A DNA stretch of 64,000 nucleotides from Francisellaceae bacterium (GTDB lineage Bacteria; Pseudomonadota; Gammaproteobacteria; Francisellales; Francisellaceae), in NCBI GenBank assembly GCA_028355575.1, contig JAOMSY010000001.1, positions 13,542 to 77,541 on the forward strand, given 5' to 3'. The first letter of the stretch is position 1. The number at the start of each line of letters is the position of its first letter. Below are positions 29,967-40,087 of the stretch, piece by piece. The translations under genes and the position numbers were made by a program. The notes beneath the pieces were generated by a model. The model saw only the letters and a list, made by a program, of their open reading frames with translations, did not search any database and was not told where the DNA came from.

Positions 29967-31084
29967 ATATTGTTATTTTAGCAAGCTATGCGCCTTCCAT
30001 TCTAAATTTTAGAAAAGAGTTAGTTTTATCTTTAAAGAAATATGGGAAAGTTACAACTTTGGTGCCGTATGAGTCAGAAGACATGAAGCATCAAATTCAA
30101 AGTCTAGGAGTTGATTATCAGGAAATACCGCTTTCTCGGCGTGGTTTAAATCCATTAAAGGATATAAAGCTCTTAAAATTTTTAGTTAGATTCCATAAAA
30201 AAAATCAAACAGACTTAGTTATTGGTTACACGGTTAAGCCAGTTATCTATGGTTCCATTGCAGCAAAAATAGCAAAAGTGCCAAGCATTTATTCCATTAT
30301 TACTGGATTGGGGTTTGCCTTTATTGATAAATCTTCTTTAAAGCAGAAACTGATTCAGAAGCTTATTCAAAAATTATATAAAAATACGCTTAAGTATAAC
30401 CAAACTGTATTTTTTCAAAATCCAGATGATTTAAACTTATTTCGTCAATTAAAAATATTGCCTAAAACGGCCGCAACACAGTTGATTAATGGCTCAGGAG
30501 TGAATCTTGATTATTTTGAATATAAAAAGGATATCTGTTTAGCGCCAATTCGTTTTTTGATGATTGCCAGAATTATGCAGGATAAAGGTGTAGTTGAATT
30601 TATTCAAGCAGCCAAGCAGGTCAAGCAGGATTATGGTAATGTGGAATTTCATCTCGTTGGTTTTATGGATGAAAGTAATCATCATATTGAACAGTTGATT
30701 AACCAATGTGTAGAGAAAAAAATCATTAACTTCCATGGCGAATTACAGGATGTTAGGTCTATATTAGCGCAGTGTTCGGTTTATGTATTGCCATCTTATC
30801 GTGAAGGGACACCGAGGAGTGTATTAGAAGCCATGTCAACAGGACGTGCTATTATTACCACCGATGCGCCGGGGTGTCGTGAAACCGTGCAAGAAGGTCA
30901 TAATGGTTATTTGGTTCCCATAAAATATGCTAATCATTTAGCTGAAGCAATGATTAAATTAATAGAAACCCCTGACAAAATCATCGAAATGGGTAAAAAT
31001 AGTAGACAGTTAGTTGAAGAAAAATATGATGTTCATAAGGTCAACCAAGTAATATTGAAAACGATAGGTTTGTTAAATGATTAA
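29963..31084 (+). CDS. glycosyltransferase family 4 (PglA/WbpU-like, acts next to the initiating transferase)
   Basis: [18 protein letters not shown]-terminus and [24 protein letters not shown]-x7-E motif. Overlaps neighbouring genes on both sides. Confidence 0.85.
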   Translation: MNIVILASYAPSILNFRKELVLSLKKYGKVTTLVPYESEDMKHQIQSLGVDYQEIPLSRRGLNPLKDIKLLKFLVRFHKKNQTDLVIGYTVKPVIYGSIAAKIAKVPSIYSIITGLGFAFIDKSSLKQKLIQKLIQKLYKNTLKYNQTVFFQNPDDLNLFRQLKILPKTAATQLINGSGVNLDYFEYKKDICLAPIRFLMIARIMQDKGVVEFIQAAKQVKQDYGNVEFHLVGFMDESNHHIEQLINQCVEKKIINFHGELQDVRSILAQCSVYVLPSYREGTPRSVLEAMSTGRAIITTDAPGCRETVQEGHNGYLVPIKYANHLAEAMIKLIETPDKIIEMGKNSRQLVEEKYDVHKVNQVILKTIGLLND

Positions 31085-31673
31085 ACGGTTCTTTGATATT
31101 AGTTTAAGTCTGTTTTTGCTGATTATGCTATTGCCAATAATATTCATTCTATACATCGTTATATATCTTAAATTAGGTCCTCCTGTTATTTTTAAACAAG
31201 GGCGTCCAGGTTATCGCGAAAAAATTTTTACGATCTATAAATTTAGAACCATGACGAGTGAGACAGATCAAAATGGTAATTTATTACCCGATTCAATTCG
31301 GTTGACGAAATTTGGTAAATTTTTGAGAGCATTAAGTTTAGATGAGCTACCTCAATTATTAAATGTTTTAAAAGGAGAAATGAGTTTTGTAGGACCAAGA
31401 GCATTGTTAAGAGAATATTTGCCTTTATATAATCAAGAGCAGAAAAAACGACATTTAGTCAAACCAGGCATAACAGGTTGGGCACAAATAAATGGGCGTA
31501 ATGCCATTAGTTGGGAGCAGAAATTTAAATATGATGTTTGGTACGTTGAGCATCAATCGATTTTATTAGATATGAAAATTATGTGGTTCACTTTGGTTAA
31601 AGTGATCAAAAGAAGTGATATTAATCAAGATGGTCAGGCGACAATGGAAAAATTTAAAGGTTCCCATGAGTGA
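31077..31673 (+). CDS. undecaprenyl-phosphate sugar phosphotransferase, small monotopic PglC/WbpL-class initiating enzyme
   Basis: 198 aa, a single N-terminal re-entrant helix, [25 protein letters not shown] and PGITGWAQ. Confidence 0.9.
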   Translation: MIKRFFDISLSLFLLIMLLPIIFILYIVIYLKLGPPVIFKQGRPGYREKIFTIYKFRTMTSETDQNGNLLPDSIRLTKFGKFLRALSLDELPQLLNVLKGEMSFVGPRALLREYLPLYNQEQKKRHLVKPGITGWAQINGRNAISWEQKFKYDVWYVEHQSILLDMKIMWFTLVKVIKRSDINQDGQATMEKFKGSHE

Positions 31674-32274
31674 TTTATTAATTATAGGGGCTGGTGGACA
31701 TGCTAAAGTTGTTTTTGATTGTGCTTCTCAACAAGGATTATTTGGGTCTTATACAGTTGTAGACAGTGATAAGCATAAATGGGGGAAAGAATTTCTAGAT
31801 ACAGTGATTTGTACTGAAATAGATATTAATCCTGATGATTATAGTGGTTTTGTATGTGCGATTGGGCATGATCAGATTCGAAAAACACTATTTCAAAAGT
31901 ACCTGAAATTAGGTGTTACCCCGGTAAATGTGATTCATCCAAATACCTACATATCTTCATTTTGCGATTTAGGTCTTGGGATAATGATGATGAAAGGTGC
32001 GACAGTACATCCCGATGCTGAAGTGGGCGACAATGTTATTGTTAATACGCATGCGATTATTGAACACGATGTTAAGGTTGCTGATCACGTACAAATTTCA
32101 CCTGGCGCAATTATTTGTGGTAATGTATCAATCGGCAGTTTAAGTTTTGTTGGTGCCGGTGCAGTAATTAAACAAGGTGTTGCCATAGGTCAAAATTGTA
32201 TGATTGCTGCCGGAGCGGTGGTGGTAAAAGATGTACCTGATGGCCAGTTAGTTAAAGGCATCCCTGCAAAATAA
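31666..32274 (+). CDS. hexapeptide-repeat N-acetyltransferase (PglD/NeuD-like)
   Basis: [13 protein letters not shown]-terminal domain plus C-terminal left-handed beta-helix repeats. ATG 31666 overlaps the upstream stop (ATGAGTGA). Confidence 0.85.
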   Translation: MSDLLIIGAGGHAKVVFDCASQQGLFGSYTVVDSDKHKWGKEFLDTVICTEIDINPDDYSGFVCAIGHDQIRKTLFQKYLKLGVTPVNVIHPNTYISSFCDLGLGIMMMKGATVHPDAEVGDNVIVNTHAIIEHDVKVADHVQISPGAIICGNVSIGSLSFVGAGAVIKQGVAIGQNCMIAAGAVVVKDVPDGQLVKGIPAK

Positions 32275-32372
32275 GTTTTAAACTTCTCGTGTTTGTTTCA
32301 ATATATCATTAGAGCATTTATATGATGATAATGGTATAGTAAATAGATGATGTAACGTTCGACTTTTTATAG

Positions 32373-33551
32373 ATGTCAAATAAAATAAATGTAAATACTT
32401 GGCCTTCTTTTGCAGAAGATGAGATAACTGCTGTCGATAACGTATTACGCTCTGGTAAAGTTAATTACTGGACTGGAAATGAATGTAAGTTGTTTGAAAA
32501 GGAATTTGCTCGCTATATTGGCACAAATTATGCGATTGCGTCAGCAAATGGAACGGTATCGTTAGAACTGGCTTTGTATGCCTGTGGTATCGGCCCTGGT
32601 GATGAAGTAATTACGTCTCCACGCACCTTTATTGCTTCAGCAAGTGCCATTGTTGCCAGAGGAGCGATACCTGTTCTTGCTGATGTAAACTTAATTTCTC
32701 AGAACATCACAGCGGAAACAATTCAAGCAAAAATCACCAAAAAGACCAAAGCGATTATACCCGTACACTTAGCTGGTTGGCCATGTGATATGCCAAGTAT
32801 AATGAATCTAGCAAAAGACTATGGGTTATACGTGATAGAAGATTGTGCTCAGGCACATGGTGCCTCCATTAACAATATAAAAGTTGGTGCTTGGGGAGAC
32901 TTTGGTTCCTTCTCTTTCTGTCAAGATAAAATTATGACAACGGGCGGTGAAGGTGGGTTACTAACTTGTAACAATGAACAGCTATATAAAAAGGCTTGGG
33001 GTTATAAGGAACATGGTAAAGATTACGATACTGTTTTCCTTAAGCAACATCCGCCTGGATTTAGATGGCTGCATAGCTCATTTGGTACCAATATGCGCAT
33101 GACAGAAATGCAGGCGGCTATCGGTCGAGTTCAGTTAGCTAAATTAGATAATTGGCTAGCAAAGCGTAATGCGTTGGCTGAAATATTTATTCAGAAATTA
33201 CATTATCTGACTAATATAGAAATACCTTTACCAGGTGAAAATATTTACCATGCTTATTATAAGTTTTATATATTCGTCAAGACTGGTGCATTGGGAAAAG
33301 ACTGGAGTCGAGATAGGGTTTTTCATGAAATCAACCAAAAAGGTATTTTTTGCAATGTAGGTAGTTGCTCTGAAATTTATATGGAAAAAGCATTTACGGA
33401 TAGTCCATATGCATTGTCTGAATGTTTACCTAATGCTAAGCAATTAGGTAATATAAGTTTGATGCTGTTGGTACATCCAACATTGACTGAAACAATAGTA
33501 AATGATCAAGCTGAAATTATTAGATCCGTATTGCTAGAGGCAACTAAATAA
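32373..33551 (+). CDS. DegT/DnrJ/EryC1 family PLP aminotransferase (PglE-like nucleotide-sugar 4-aminotransferase)
   Basis: Full length (392 aa) with GDFGSFSFCQDKIMTTGEGG, the PLP-lysine region. Confidence 0.9.
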   Translation: MSNKINVNTWPSFAEDEITAVDNVLRSGKVNYWTGNECKLFEKEFARYIGTNYAIASANGTVSLELALYACGIGPGDEVITSPRTFIASASAIVARGAIPVLADVNLISQNITAETIQAKITKKTKAIIPVHLAGWPCDMPSIMNLAKDYGLYVIEDCAQAHGASINNIKVGAWGDFGSFSFCQDKIMTTGGEGGLLTCNNEQLYKKAWGYKEHGKDYDTVFLKQHPPGFRWLHSSFGTNMRMTEMQAAIGRVQLAKLDNWLAKRNALAEIFIQKLHYLTNIEIPLPGENIYHAYYKFYIFVKTGALGKDWSRDRVFHEINQKGIFCNVGSCSEIYMEKAFTDSPYALSECLPNAKQLGNISLMLLVHPTLTETIVNDQAEIIRSVLLEATK

Positions 33552-33552
33552 A

Positions 33553-35391
33553 ATGATAAAGCTTTCTTCTATTAAAAGTGCTCATGCTTGGATGATCCTT
33601 GCGCTGGATTTTTTAATGGTGCAATGTGCCTGGATATTAGCAACTTCTCATTTCTTTGAGCGGTATTCGTGGCATAAAATAGACAACACAAAACTAATAT
33701 TTTTAGCCATCGCTTCCCTGCTTTCATTTAAGATTTTTAAAACTTATGCGGGTTTGTGGCGATATACTTCGACTGAGGATTTATTAGTTATTATTAAATC
33801 GGTGTTATTGACCTTATTATTGTTCCTGATAGCTAGGTTTTATTATGACAGACTGATAGATATATCGCGTGTATCGTTATTACTATTTATTTTGATGTCA
33901 ATTGCATTTATGAGTGGAGCAAGGCTGATCTCAAGAATTTATCATTTTGGGCAATATCGTATTTCGAAGTCTACAAAATACCAGAAAAATTATATTTTAA
34001 TTGGTGCGGGTTTTTCCGGTGAGCGATTTTTAAGAGAAAACTTACAACAACAAAATTCGCATATAAAGGTAGTGGCAATATTGGATGATAATGCTCAGCT
34101 TGCTGGCAAGAAGATAAAAGGGATTCCAATTATAGGGAATATTGAATTATTAGATGCCAGTGAATTGGTAAAGAAAAATGATATTCACGGGGTGATTATT
34201 GCAATTGCTCAATTGAATCGTAAAAAATTCCAAAATATATATTTATTTGCTAACAAGCTTAAGCTTGATGTCAAAACATTGCCCTCCATGGAGGAAATAC
34301 TCGCTGGTAAAATCACCATTACTAACCTGCAAGATGTTACCATTGAGGACTTGTTGGGTCGAGATCAAGTCGAGTTAGATGTTGGAAAAATTCAAAAATT
34401 AATTGACAGTAAGTGTGTTTTAGTGACTGGTGGAGGGGGGTCAATTGGCTCTGAACTTGTTAGGCAAGTAATAAAGCTAACAACACCAAAAAAACTAGTT
34501 ATTATTGATCATTCTGAGATAAATTTATATACGATTCAGCAGGATGTCAGTGGCCTAAATGCCGAAAAGTGTTATTTTCATTTGGGTAACATAGTAGATC
34601 GTAAATATATACAATCAATTTTTAAATTATATCGGCCCGATATCGTTTTTCATGCGGCAGCATATAAACATGTGCCATTGCTTGAAATGCAACCTAAGCA
34701 AGCATTTCTAAATAATGTTATCGGTACAAAAGCTCTGTGTGAAATTGCTGTGCAATCAAAGGTTTCAAAATTTATTATGGTTTCTACTGATAAGGCAGTT
34801 AACCCAAGTAATATTATGGGTTGTACTAAAAGGATTGCGGAACTAATCTGTCAGCGTTATGGGTCTAAACAAGAGCATACGCAATTTATCACCACGCGTT
34901 TTGGTAATGTATTAGGTTCTGCGGGTAGCGTCATCCCATTATTTAGAAAACAGCTTAGAAAGGGCGGGCCAATAACCGTTACTCATAAAGATATTGAGCG
35001 GTTTTTTATGACGATACCTGAGGCGTCACAACTGGTTATATACAGTGGTTGTGTCGGTAGAAATAAAGATGTTTTTGTGCTGGATATGGGTAAGCCTGTT
35101 AAGATAAGTAAATTGGCTGAGCAATTAATAAGGTTATCTGGTAAAGAGCCCTATGTTGATATTGATATTGTTTACACTGGTCTACGGCCAGGAGAGAAAA
35201 TGTATGAAGAGTTGTTCTATCAGAGTGAACATCTTTTAAAAACTGACCATAGAAAACTATTCAAGTCGCAAAATGATCATATGATTACATTGGAATCATT
35301 ATTTGGCAAGCTTGAGAAGATTCAAAATAATCTGCTTGAATTAGAAGATGAAGAAGTTAAATCACAACTATCACTATTAATAAAACATTAA
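33553..35391 (+). CDS. membrane-anchored UDP-HexNAc 4,6-dehydratase (PglF/CapD/WbpM family)
   Basis: N-terminal TM segments and two Rossmann regions (IGAGFSGE; VTGGGGSIGSEL). STDKAVNP and YxxxK-type SDR core. Confidence 0.9.
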   Translation: MIKLSSIKSAHAWMILALDFLMVQCAWILATSHFFERYSWHKIDNTKLIFLAIASLLSFKIFKTYAGLWRYTSTEDLLVIIKSVLLTLLLFLIARFYYDRLIDISRVSLLLFILMSIAFMSGARLISRIYHFGQYRISKSTKYQKNYILIGAGFSGERFLRENLQQQNSHIKVVAILDDNAQLAGKKIKGIPIIGNIELLDASELVKKNDIHGVIIAIAQLNRKKFQNIYLFANKLKLDVKTLPSMEEILAGKITITNLQDVTIEDLLGRDQVELDVGKIQKLIDSKCVLVTGGGGSIGSELVRQVIKLTTPKKLVIIDHSEINLYTIQQDVSGLNAEKCYFHLGNIVDRKYIQSIFKLYRPDIVFHAAAYKHVPLLEMQPKQAFLNNVIGTKALCEIAVQSKVSKFIMVSTDKAVNPSNIMGCTKRIAELICQRYGSKQEHTQFITTRFGNVLGSAGSVIPLFRKQLRKGGPITVTHKDIERFFMTIPEASQLVIYSGCVGRNKDVFVLDMGKPVKISKLAEQLIRLSGKEPYVDIDIVYTGLRPGEKMYEELFYQSEHLLKTDHRKLFKSQNDHMITLESLFGKLEKIQNNLLELEDEEVKSQLSLLIKH

Positions 35392-35463
35392 GGATAGTAT
35401 GACGAGAATTGTTTAATTGGTTTGGTTATTTATACTGGTCTGTAAGGGATAAATTGAGTTTGG

Positions 35464-37578
35464 ATGATGTTGGAATATCAACAAGATAACATTATTACTT
35501 TAAAGCAAATATTAAAAATAATTCTCAAATATAAATGGTTTATATGTTTTGCTGTATTTATATTTGGATTATGTGCAATTGTTTATATTAAATCCAGGCT
35601 ACCTGTATTCACTTCTAAAGTTTTAATCTCGGCGCCTTCTGAGTCACAAGCAAATCTTCTAAAATTGGATAAAAATCTAAGTCAAGTTATTAAAAAGCTT
35701 CAGTTAGATATTAAAACCAAACCCCATTATTTCCCATTCTTTGGAGAAAAAATAGCTTTAAAGTACAACCTGTCTAATTACAATAATCAACTAAGCCAGC
35801 CTTTATATGGCTTATCATCGTATGCCTGGGGTGGTGAAAAAGTTGACATAAGTTCATTTGAAGTAGGCGATGCATGGAAAGAACAATCGTTTAATTTACT
35901 CTATTTAGGTTCTGATAAATATCAAATCTTAAGTAATAATGGAAATGTTATTATTAATGGTGAGGTAGGAAAGCCACAGAGCTATAAGTTAAATAAATAT
36001 GTATTCTTAGATGTACAAATTAATGAAATTCTAGCTAGAAAAAATACTGAATTTTCTATTAAAAACATCTCTTTTTCCGAAGTAATTGATCAGCTAAAGG
36101 CACAATTATCCATAACGCCGGTTAGTAAAGGTTCTAGTAACTATTATGTGTCAATGTCAGGGCAGGACCCAAAAAAAATAGCCGCTATTTTAAATGAAGT
36201 TGTTAAAAATTTTTCTTCAGTTGAAATTAATAAAACACTGGCAATCGTTAACTCACTTAGAAGTTATTTGTATGGTTTATTGCCTGAGTTTCAAAAAAGA
36301 ATTTCCAAGGAAGAGAGTCTGTATCTAAAAGAATCAAATACTTATTATAAGTCTTTAAATACAGATGGTATAAGCGAAGAGGACCAAGTTTTATTGAATC
36401 AGCAAGAATTAATTATGTCTCAAATTAAGGAGACAGTTAATCAGATAGCTAACTTAGAGATTAACAAGTTAGTTTTGCAACAAAAAATTAAGTTATACCC
36501 AAAACAAATAAACCAATATAAGTCTGAAATGGTTAAACTTGATCAGCAGTTGCTTGAATTAAATAGCCAGCTGAGTGATCTGCAAAAGTCATTAGAAAGA
36601 CTAATGGGTAGTTATTATAACAACGAAATAGCTTATATAAGCTTAATTTCGACACAAGCGAAATATGCTTCAGTGGTTAATCAGCTTGGAATGTATGATG
36701 ATGTTGTATCAAGCGCAACGATTCCAGTTGAGTTAGTCAGCAGGGCAAAAATACCCTATAAAGGGGCTGTAAAGCCAGCTTCGCTATTAGTTCTAATAGG
36801 AGCATTGCTAGGTGGTCTGATTTTAAGCCTGTCTATCGTGTTTTTATGGGTTTACTTGCGTGGTCGGGTTGATGATGTCTTAAAAATAGAAAAACTGACT
36901 GGTTTAAACCTAATTGCAGAAGTTTCTAAACCTCAATCAAACCGCATATTTAATAGGAACAAAAATACTCTAAATAATAAGTTTAATACCACTGTTCATA
37001 GCCTTGAGAAAGTGCGAATTATAAAGTCAAACTTGCTGACATATAAACAACCTGATTCAGGTTTAATAGTCTCACTTACTGGTGTCGAGAAGAAAGTTGA
37101 TAGTGCATATATCGCTGAAAATTTGTCTTTATTATTAAGTCAGGTGTCTTCGAGTCGTATTTTGGTTATTAATAATAGCAGTCATAATGCCTTATGTAGT
37201 TCCTTCAGGGTTAATGAGAATGGGGTAAGTCTATTACAGTTGTTGAAAGAACATTTGAGCTTAGATGCTGTTGCACAGAAAACACAATACGAAAATATTA
37301 GTTATATTGGATTTGGCGATATGTCTGATGGGAGTGCTGACACAATCAATGACAGGTCTTTGAGCGAATTATATGAAAAATTATCTGCAGAATATGATTA
37401 TGTTATTATCAATAATACACCTTTATTGAATCACTCAGATGCAATTCAGTACATGCGTTATAGCCACGTAAATTTCTTGGTGGTTAAAAAAGATGCACAT
37501 ACTGATGATGATTATAATGAGCTTGTGAATATTGCTAAGGTAGCTAAGATTGAATACAATGGTTTTATAGCGATGTAA
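35464..37578 (+). CDS. polysaccharide co-polymerase, Wzc-like architecture with a degenerate C-terminal BY-kinase-like domain
   Basis: Wzz-type N-terminus with TM1, a long coiled-coil periplasmic region and TM2 (LLVLIGALLGGLILSLSIVFLWVYL). The C-terminal ~240 aa align positionally to BY-kinase but lack Walker A/A'/B and the Tyr cluster. Confidence 0.75.
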   Translation: MMLEYQQDNIITLKQILKIILKYKWFICFAVFIFGLCAIVYIKSRLPVFTSKVLISAPSESQANLLKLDKNLSQVIKKLQLDIKTKPHYFPFFGEKIALKYNLSNYNNQLSQPLYGLSSYAWGGEKVDISSFEVGDAWKEQSFNLLYLGSDKYQILSNNGNVIINGEVGKPQSYKLNKYVFLDVQINEILARKNTEFSIKNISFSEVIDQLKAQLSITPVSKGSSNYYVSMSGQDPKKIAAILNEVVKNFSSVEINKTLAIVNSLRSYLYGLLPEFQKRISKEESLYLKESNTYYKSLNTDGISEEDQVLLNQQELIMSQIKETVNQIANLEINKLVLQQKIKLYPKQINQYKSEMVKLDQQLLELNSQLSDLQKSLERLMGSYYNNEIAYISLISTQAKYASVVNQLGMYDDVVSSATIPVELVSRAKIPYKGAVKPASLLVLIGALLGGLILSLSIVFLWVYLRGRVDDVLKIEKLTGLNLIAEVSKPQSNRIFNRNKNTLNNKFNTTVHSLEKVRIIKSNLLTYKQPDSGLIVSLTGVEKKVDSAYIAENLSLLLSQVSSSRILVINNSSHNALCSSFRVNENGVSLLQLLKEHLSLDAVAQKTQYENISYIGFGDMSDGSADTINDRSLSELYEKLSAEYDYVIINNTPLLNHSDAIQYMRYSHVNFLVVKKDAHTDDDYNELVNIAKVAKIEYNGFIAM

Positions 37579-37587
37579 GTAAAATCA

Positions 37588-38031
37588 ATGAAAATCCTTG
37601 TCGATGCAGATGCCTGCCCTAAACCAATAAAAGAGATTTTATACCGTGCAGCAATTCGATGTAAGGTAGATTGTATTTTGGTGGCTAATCAAATCCTAAA
37701 TCATCCTATGTCTGATTATATTCGTTCTATTCAGGTGGCTAAGGGATTTGATGTGGCTGATAATAAGATCGTTCAAATGGTAGAAGAAAACGATTTAATT
37801 GTATCATCTGATATTCCTTTGGCTGATGAAGCGATAAAAAAGGGTGGCGTGGTATTGAACCCTAAAGGTAAAATCTATACTAAATCAAATATTGGACAAG
37901 TGTTGGCGATGCGTAATTTTTTTACAGAAATGCGAGATGCAGGACTCGTTCAGACTAAAACTAAATCTTTTTCTAATCAACAGTCTGAGGCCTTTGCAAA
38001 ACAGTTAGATCGACTATTAGCTAAACGTTAG
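37588..38031 (+). CDS. YaiI/YqxD family protein (UPF0178)
   Basis: MKILVDADACPKPIKE N-terminus characteristic of the family, 147 aa. Confidence 0.8.
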   Translation: MKILVDADACPKPIKEILYRAAIRCKVDCILVANQILNHPMSDYIRSIQVAKGFDVADNKIVQMVEENDLIVSSDIPLADEAIKKGGVVLNPKGKIYTKSNIGQVLAMRNFFTEMRDAGLVQTKTKSFSNQQSEAFAKQLDRLLAKR

Positions 38032-39367
38032 ATTTTTTTGGATTTGTTTTTAAAGGTAAAGTTATGGTTACCTGTAAACCACCCTTGTCACGATTACGTA
38101 ATTTAAATTTTCCATTATGGAACTGTACAGCAGTTGAAGTAATAGCCATGCCTAAACCACTACCTTCTATGTTGGTTTTTTGAACGCGTTTGGTTCGATA
38201 ATAGGGGGATAATACTTTGCCGAGTTCATCAGGGTTTATTCCAGGACCATCATCTAAAATAGATATAACAGCCTTATTTCCGTCTACGTGTGCTTTGACC
38301 CAAAATTTTCCTGCATATTTCCTGGCATTATTAAATACATTAATCAAAGCGCGTTTTAGTAATGCTGGGTAGCCTGAAATATAACATTCATCTGGTAGTT
38401 CAATGTCAAAGCTGAAATCATAGCCCTTATCCTCTAATTCACATTCAACATTAATAAGCAGTTCAGTCAAGTTGAAAGTTTTCTTATTTTTGGTGTTTGA
38501 GCCTTCTGAAAAGGCTAATGATGAATCGATTATCATTTGAATCTCATCAAGCTGGAGAGATACTTTTTCAGATACTTCCTGGTCATCGATCATGCTGGCA
38601 AGTAAATATAAGTTTGTGAGCGTGTTTTTCATATCATGCGACATTGAAGATAGCATGATGGTTTTCTGATGTACAAGACCTTGTATCCGTTGTCTAAGCT
38701 GATCAATCTGCTCTTGCATTTCGTCAGGTAAAATAAAATCGTGATGATTTTTATTGCTTTTAATTAATCTTGCCGCTGTTTTGAGTAGTTCAGAGGGGAA
38801 TACATGCCTGAAAATATAAATTAGTAAAAGCAACATTGCGGCAGTGAAAGCATGCATGATGATGACAATAATAATAACACTGCTAACGGATGATTCAGGG
38901 TGGTAAAAAGTATAGGCGGTCATCCATGCACCACTTTGATTTTCTTCGGCAATAAATAAGGAATGATGTGCTTTTAAGTGATCAATTAGTTCAAGTAACA
39001 ATGGATAAGAAATTGAGTTAATATGATCTTTTTCATTTTCGCTTACGGTAAATGCCCCGGGTAGTTTTCCCTTGTATAAGTTGATTTGATTTTTTTGTAG
39101 CTCTGGATCAACTTTATTGCTGACTTTGAAGATTCTAGTTTCATGCTGGTCTACATTAAGTGCAGATAAGTGAAGACTGCGTAAAAGGCTGATAACTGTA
39201 TTATATGCATTATAGTCGTAGTCTTTATTGATGTAGCGATTCATAGTTGAGTATACGAGGAGTGCTTCGACAAAGATAACGATCAAGATTGCATACATGA
39301 CATGGTGAAAATTAATGTGATATTTTTTATATATTCCAATCAGTACGGAATTTAGCCATTTACGCAT
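38021..39367 (-). CDS. sensor histidine kinase (two TM segments, periplasmic loop)
   Basis: H-box MSHDMKNTLTNL; N, G1 and G2 boxes (NVFNNARKYA, DDGPGI, GSGLGMAI). Confidence 0.85.
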   Translation of the reverse strand: MRKWLNSVLIGIYKKYHINFHHVMYAILIVIFVEALLVYSTMNRYINKDYDYNAYNTVISLLRSLHLSALNVDQHETRIFKVSNKVDPELQKNQINLYKGKLPGAFTVSENEKDHINSISYPLLLELIDHLKAHHSLFIAEENQSGAWMTAYTFYHPESSVSSVIIIVIIMHAFTAAMLLLLIYIFRHVFPSELLKTAARLIKSNKNHHDFILPDEMQEQIDQLRQRIQGLVHQKTIMLSSMSHDMKNTLTNLYLLASMIDDQEVSEKVSLQLDEIQMIIDSSLAFSEGSNTKNKKTFNLTELLINVECELEDKGYDFSFDIELPDECYISGYPALLKRALINVFNNARKYAGKFWVKAHVDGNKAVISILDDGPGINPDELGKVLSPYYRTKRVQKTNIEGSGLGMAITSTAVQFHNGKFKLRNRDKGGLQVTITLPLKTNPKKSNV

Positions 39368-39370
39368 AAA

Positions 39371-40087
39371 TCAATCAATTGGTTTTGCGTTTACATCAGC
39401 AACAAGTTTATACCCTTTGTAACGAAGTGCTTGGATTAAATCTTTACCTATTTTATTTCTAAGTCGATATACATAAACATTCATTGCTTGAAGACAGCTT
39501 GGGTCTGCATGGCTACCAAGTGCAGTATATAATTGCTCTCTACTTAAAACCTCTTGAGAATTGGTTAGGAAGAAGCGCAACAGTTTCATTTCGTATTCAG
39601 TTAAACTGACTGATTTGTTTGAGTTACAGTTAGTTAAGGAATTATCTTTATCAGAAAATATCCAGTGATCAAAAAAGTATTCATTTTTAGAGGAAGTGGC
39701 TTTATTAAATCTGTCTCGTTCTAGTTGTATTCGCCTTAGTATTGCTTGAACGCGAGCTAGAATCTCTTCTTTTTTAAAGGGCTTAGGTACAAAATCATCT
39801 ATACCAAGATCAAATCCTTTTATCATATTTTCATCATTAGCATTTGCGGTGATCATAATAATGGGAACTGTCGAAATCTCACGAATCATTAGACATAGCT
39901 CATGGCCATTACAGTCCGGCAGCATGTAATCAAGTAATATTAAATCTGGGATTTGTTCCGCGAGTGCAGCTTTAAGATTCTTTCCATCTGCAACAGCAAT
40001 AGTTTGATAACCACAATCTTTTAGTATTTTTGATAATAAATCGCGAATTAATTTCTCATCATCAACAATTAATATTTTATAGCTCAT
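39371..40087 (-). CDS. OmpR/PhoB-family response regulator
   Basis: Receiver domain (ILIVDDE, LILLDYMLPDCNG, KPF) plus a winged-helix output (LTEYEMKLLRFF...VYVYRLRNKI...YKGYKL). Confidence 0.9.
   Translation of the reverse strand: MSYKILIVDDEKLIRDLLSKILKDCGYQTIAVADGKNLKAALAEQIPDLILLDYMLPDCNGHELCLMIREISTVPIIMITANANDENMIKGFDLGIDDFVPKPFKKEEILARVQAILRRIQLERDRFNKATSSKNEYFFDHWIFSDKDNSLTNCNSNKSVSLTEYEMKLLRFFLTNSQEVLSREQLYTALGSHADPSCLQAMNVYVYRLRNKIGKDLIQALRYKGYKLVADVNAKPID

Noticed and set aside
31615-31665. Upstream extension of the PglD-like acetyltransferase ORF ([17 protein letters not shown]...)
   Set aside because: It overlaps the end of the PglC-like gene by 59 nt. The family-typical N-terminus ([12 protein letters not shown]) begins right after the ATG at 31666, which forms an ATGAGTGA start/stop overlap.
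38021-38031. 11-nt overlap of the convergent yaiI and histidine kinase 3' ends (also a 4-nt CTAA overlap of the convergent sugar porter and membrane protein genes at 41676-41679)
   Set aside because: Real in the sequence, but simple tail-to-tail overlaps of this size are common in compact genomes. No structure or extra ORF is associated.
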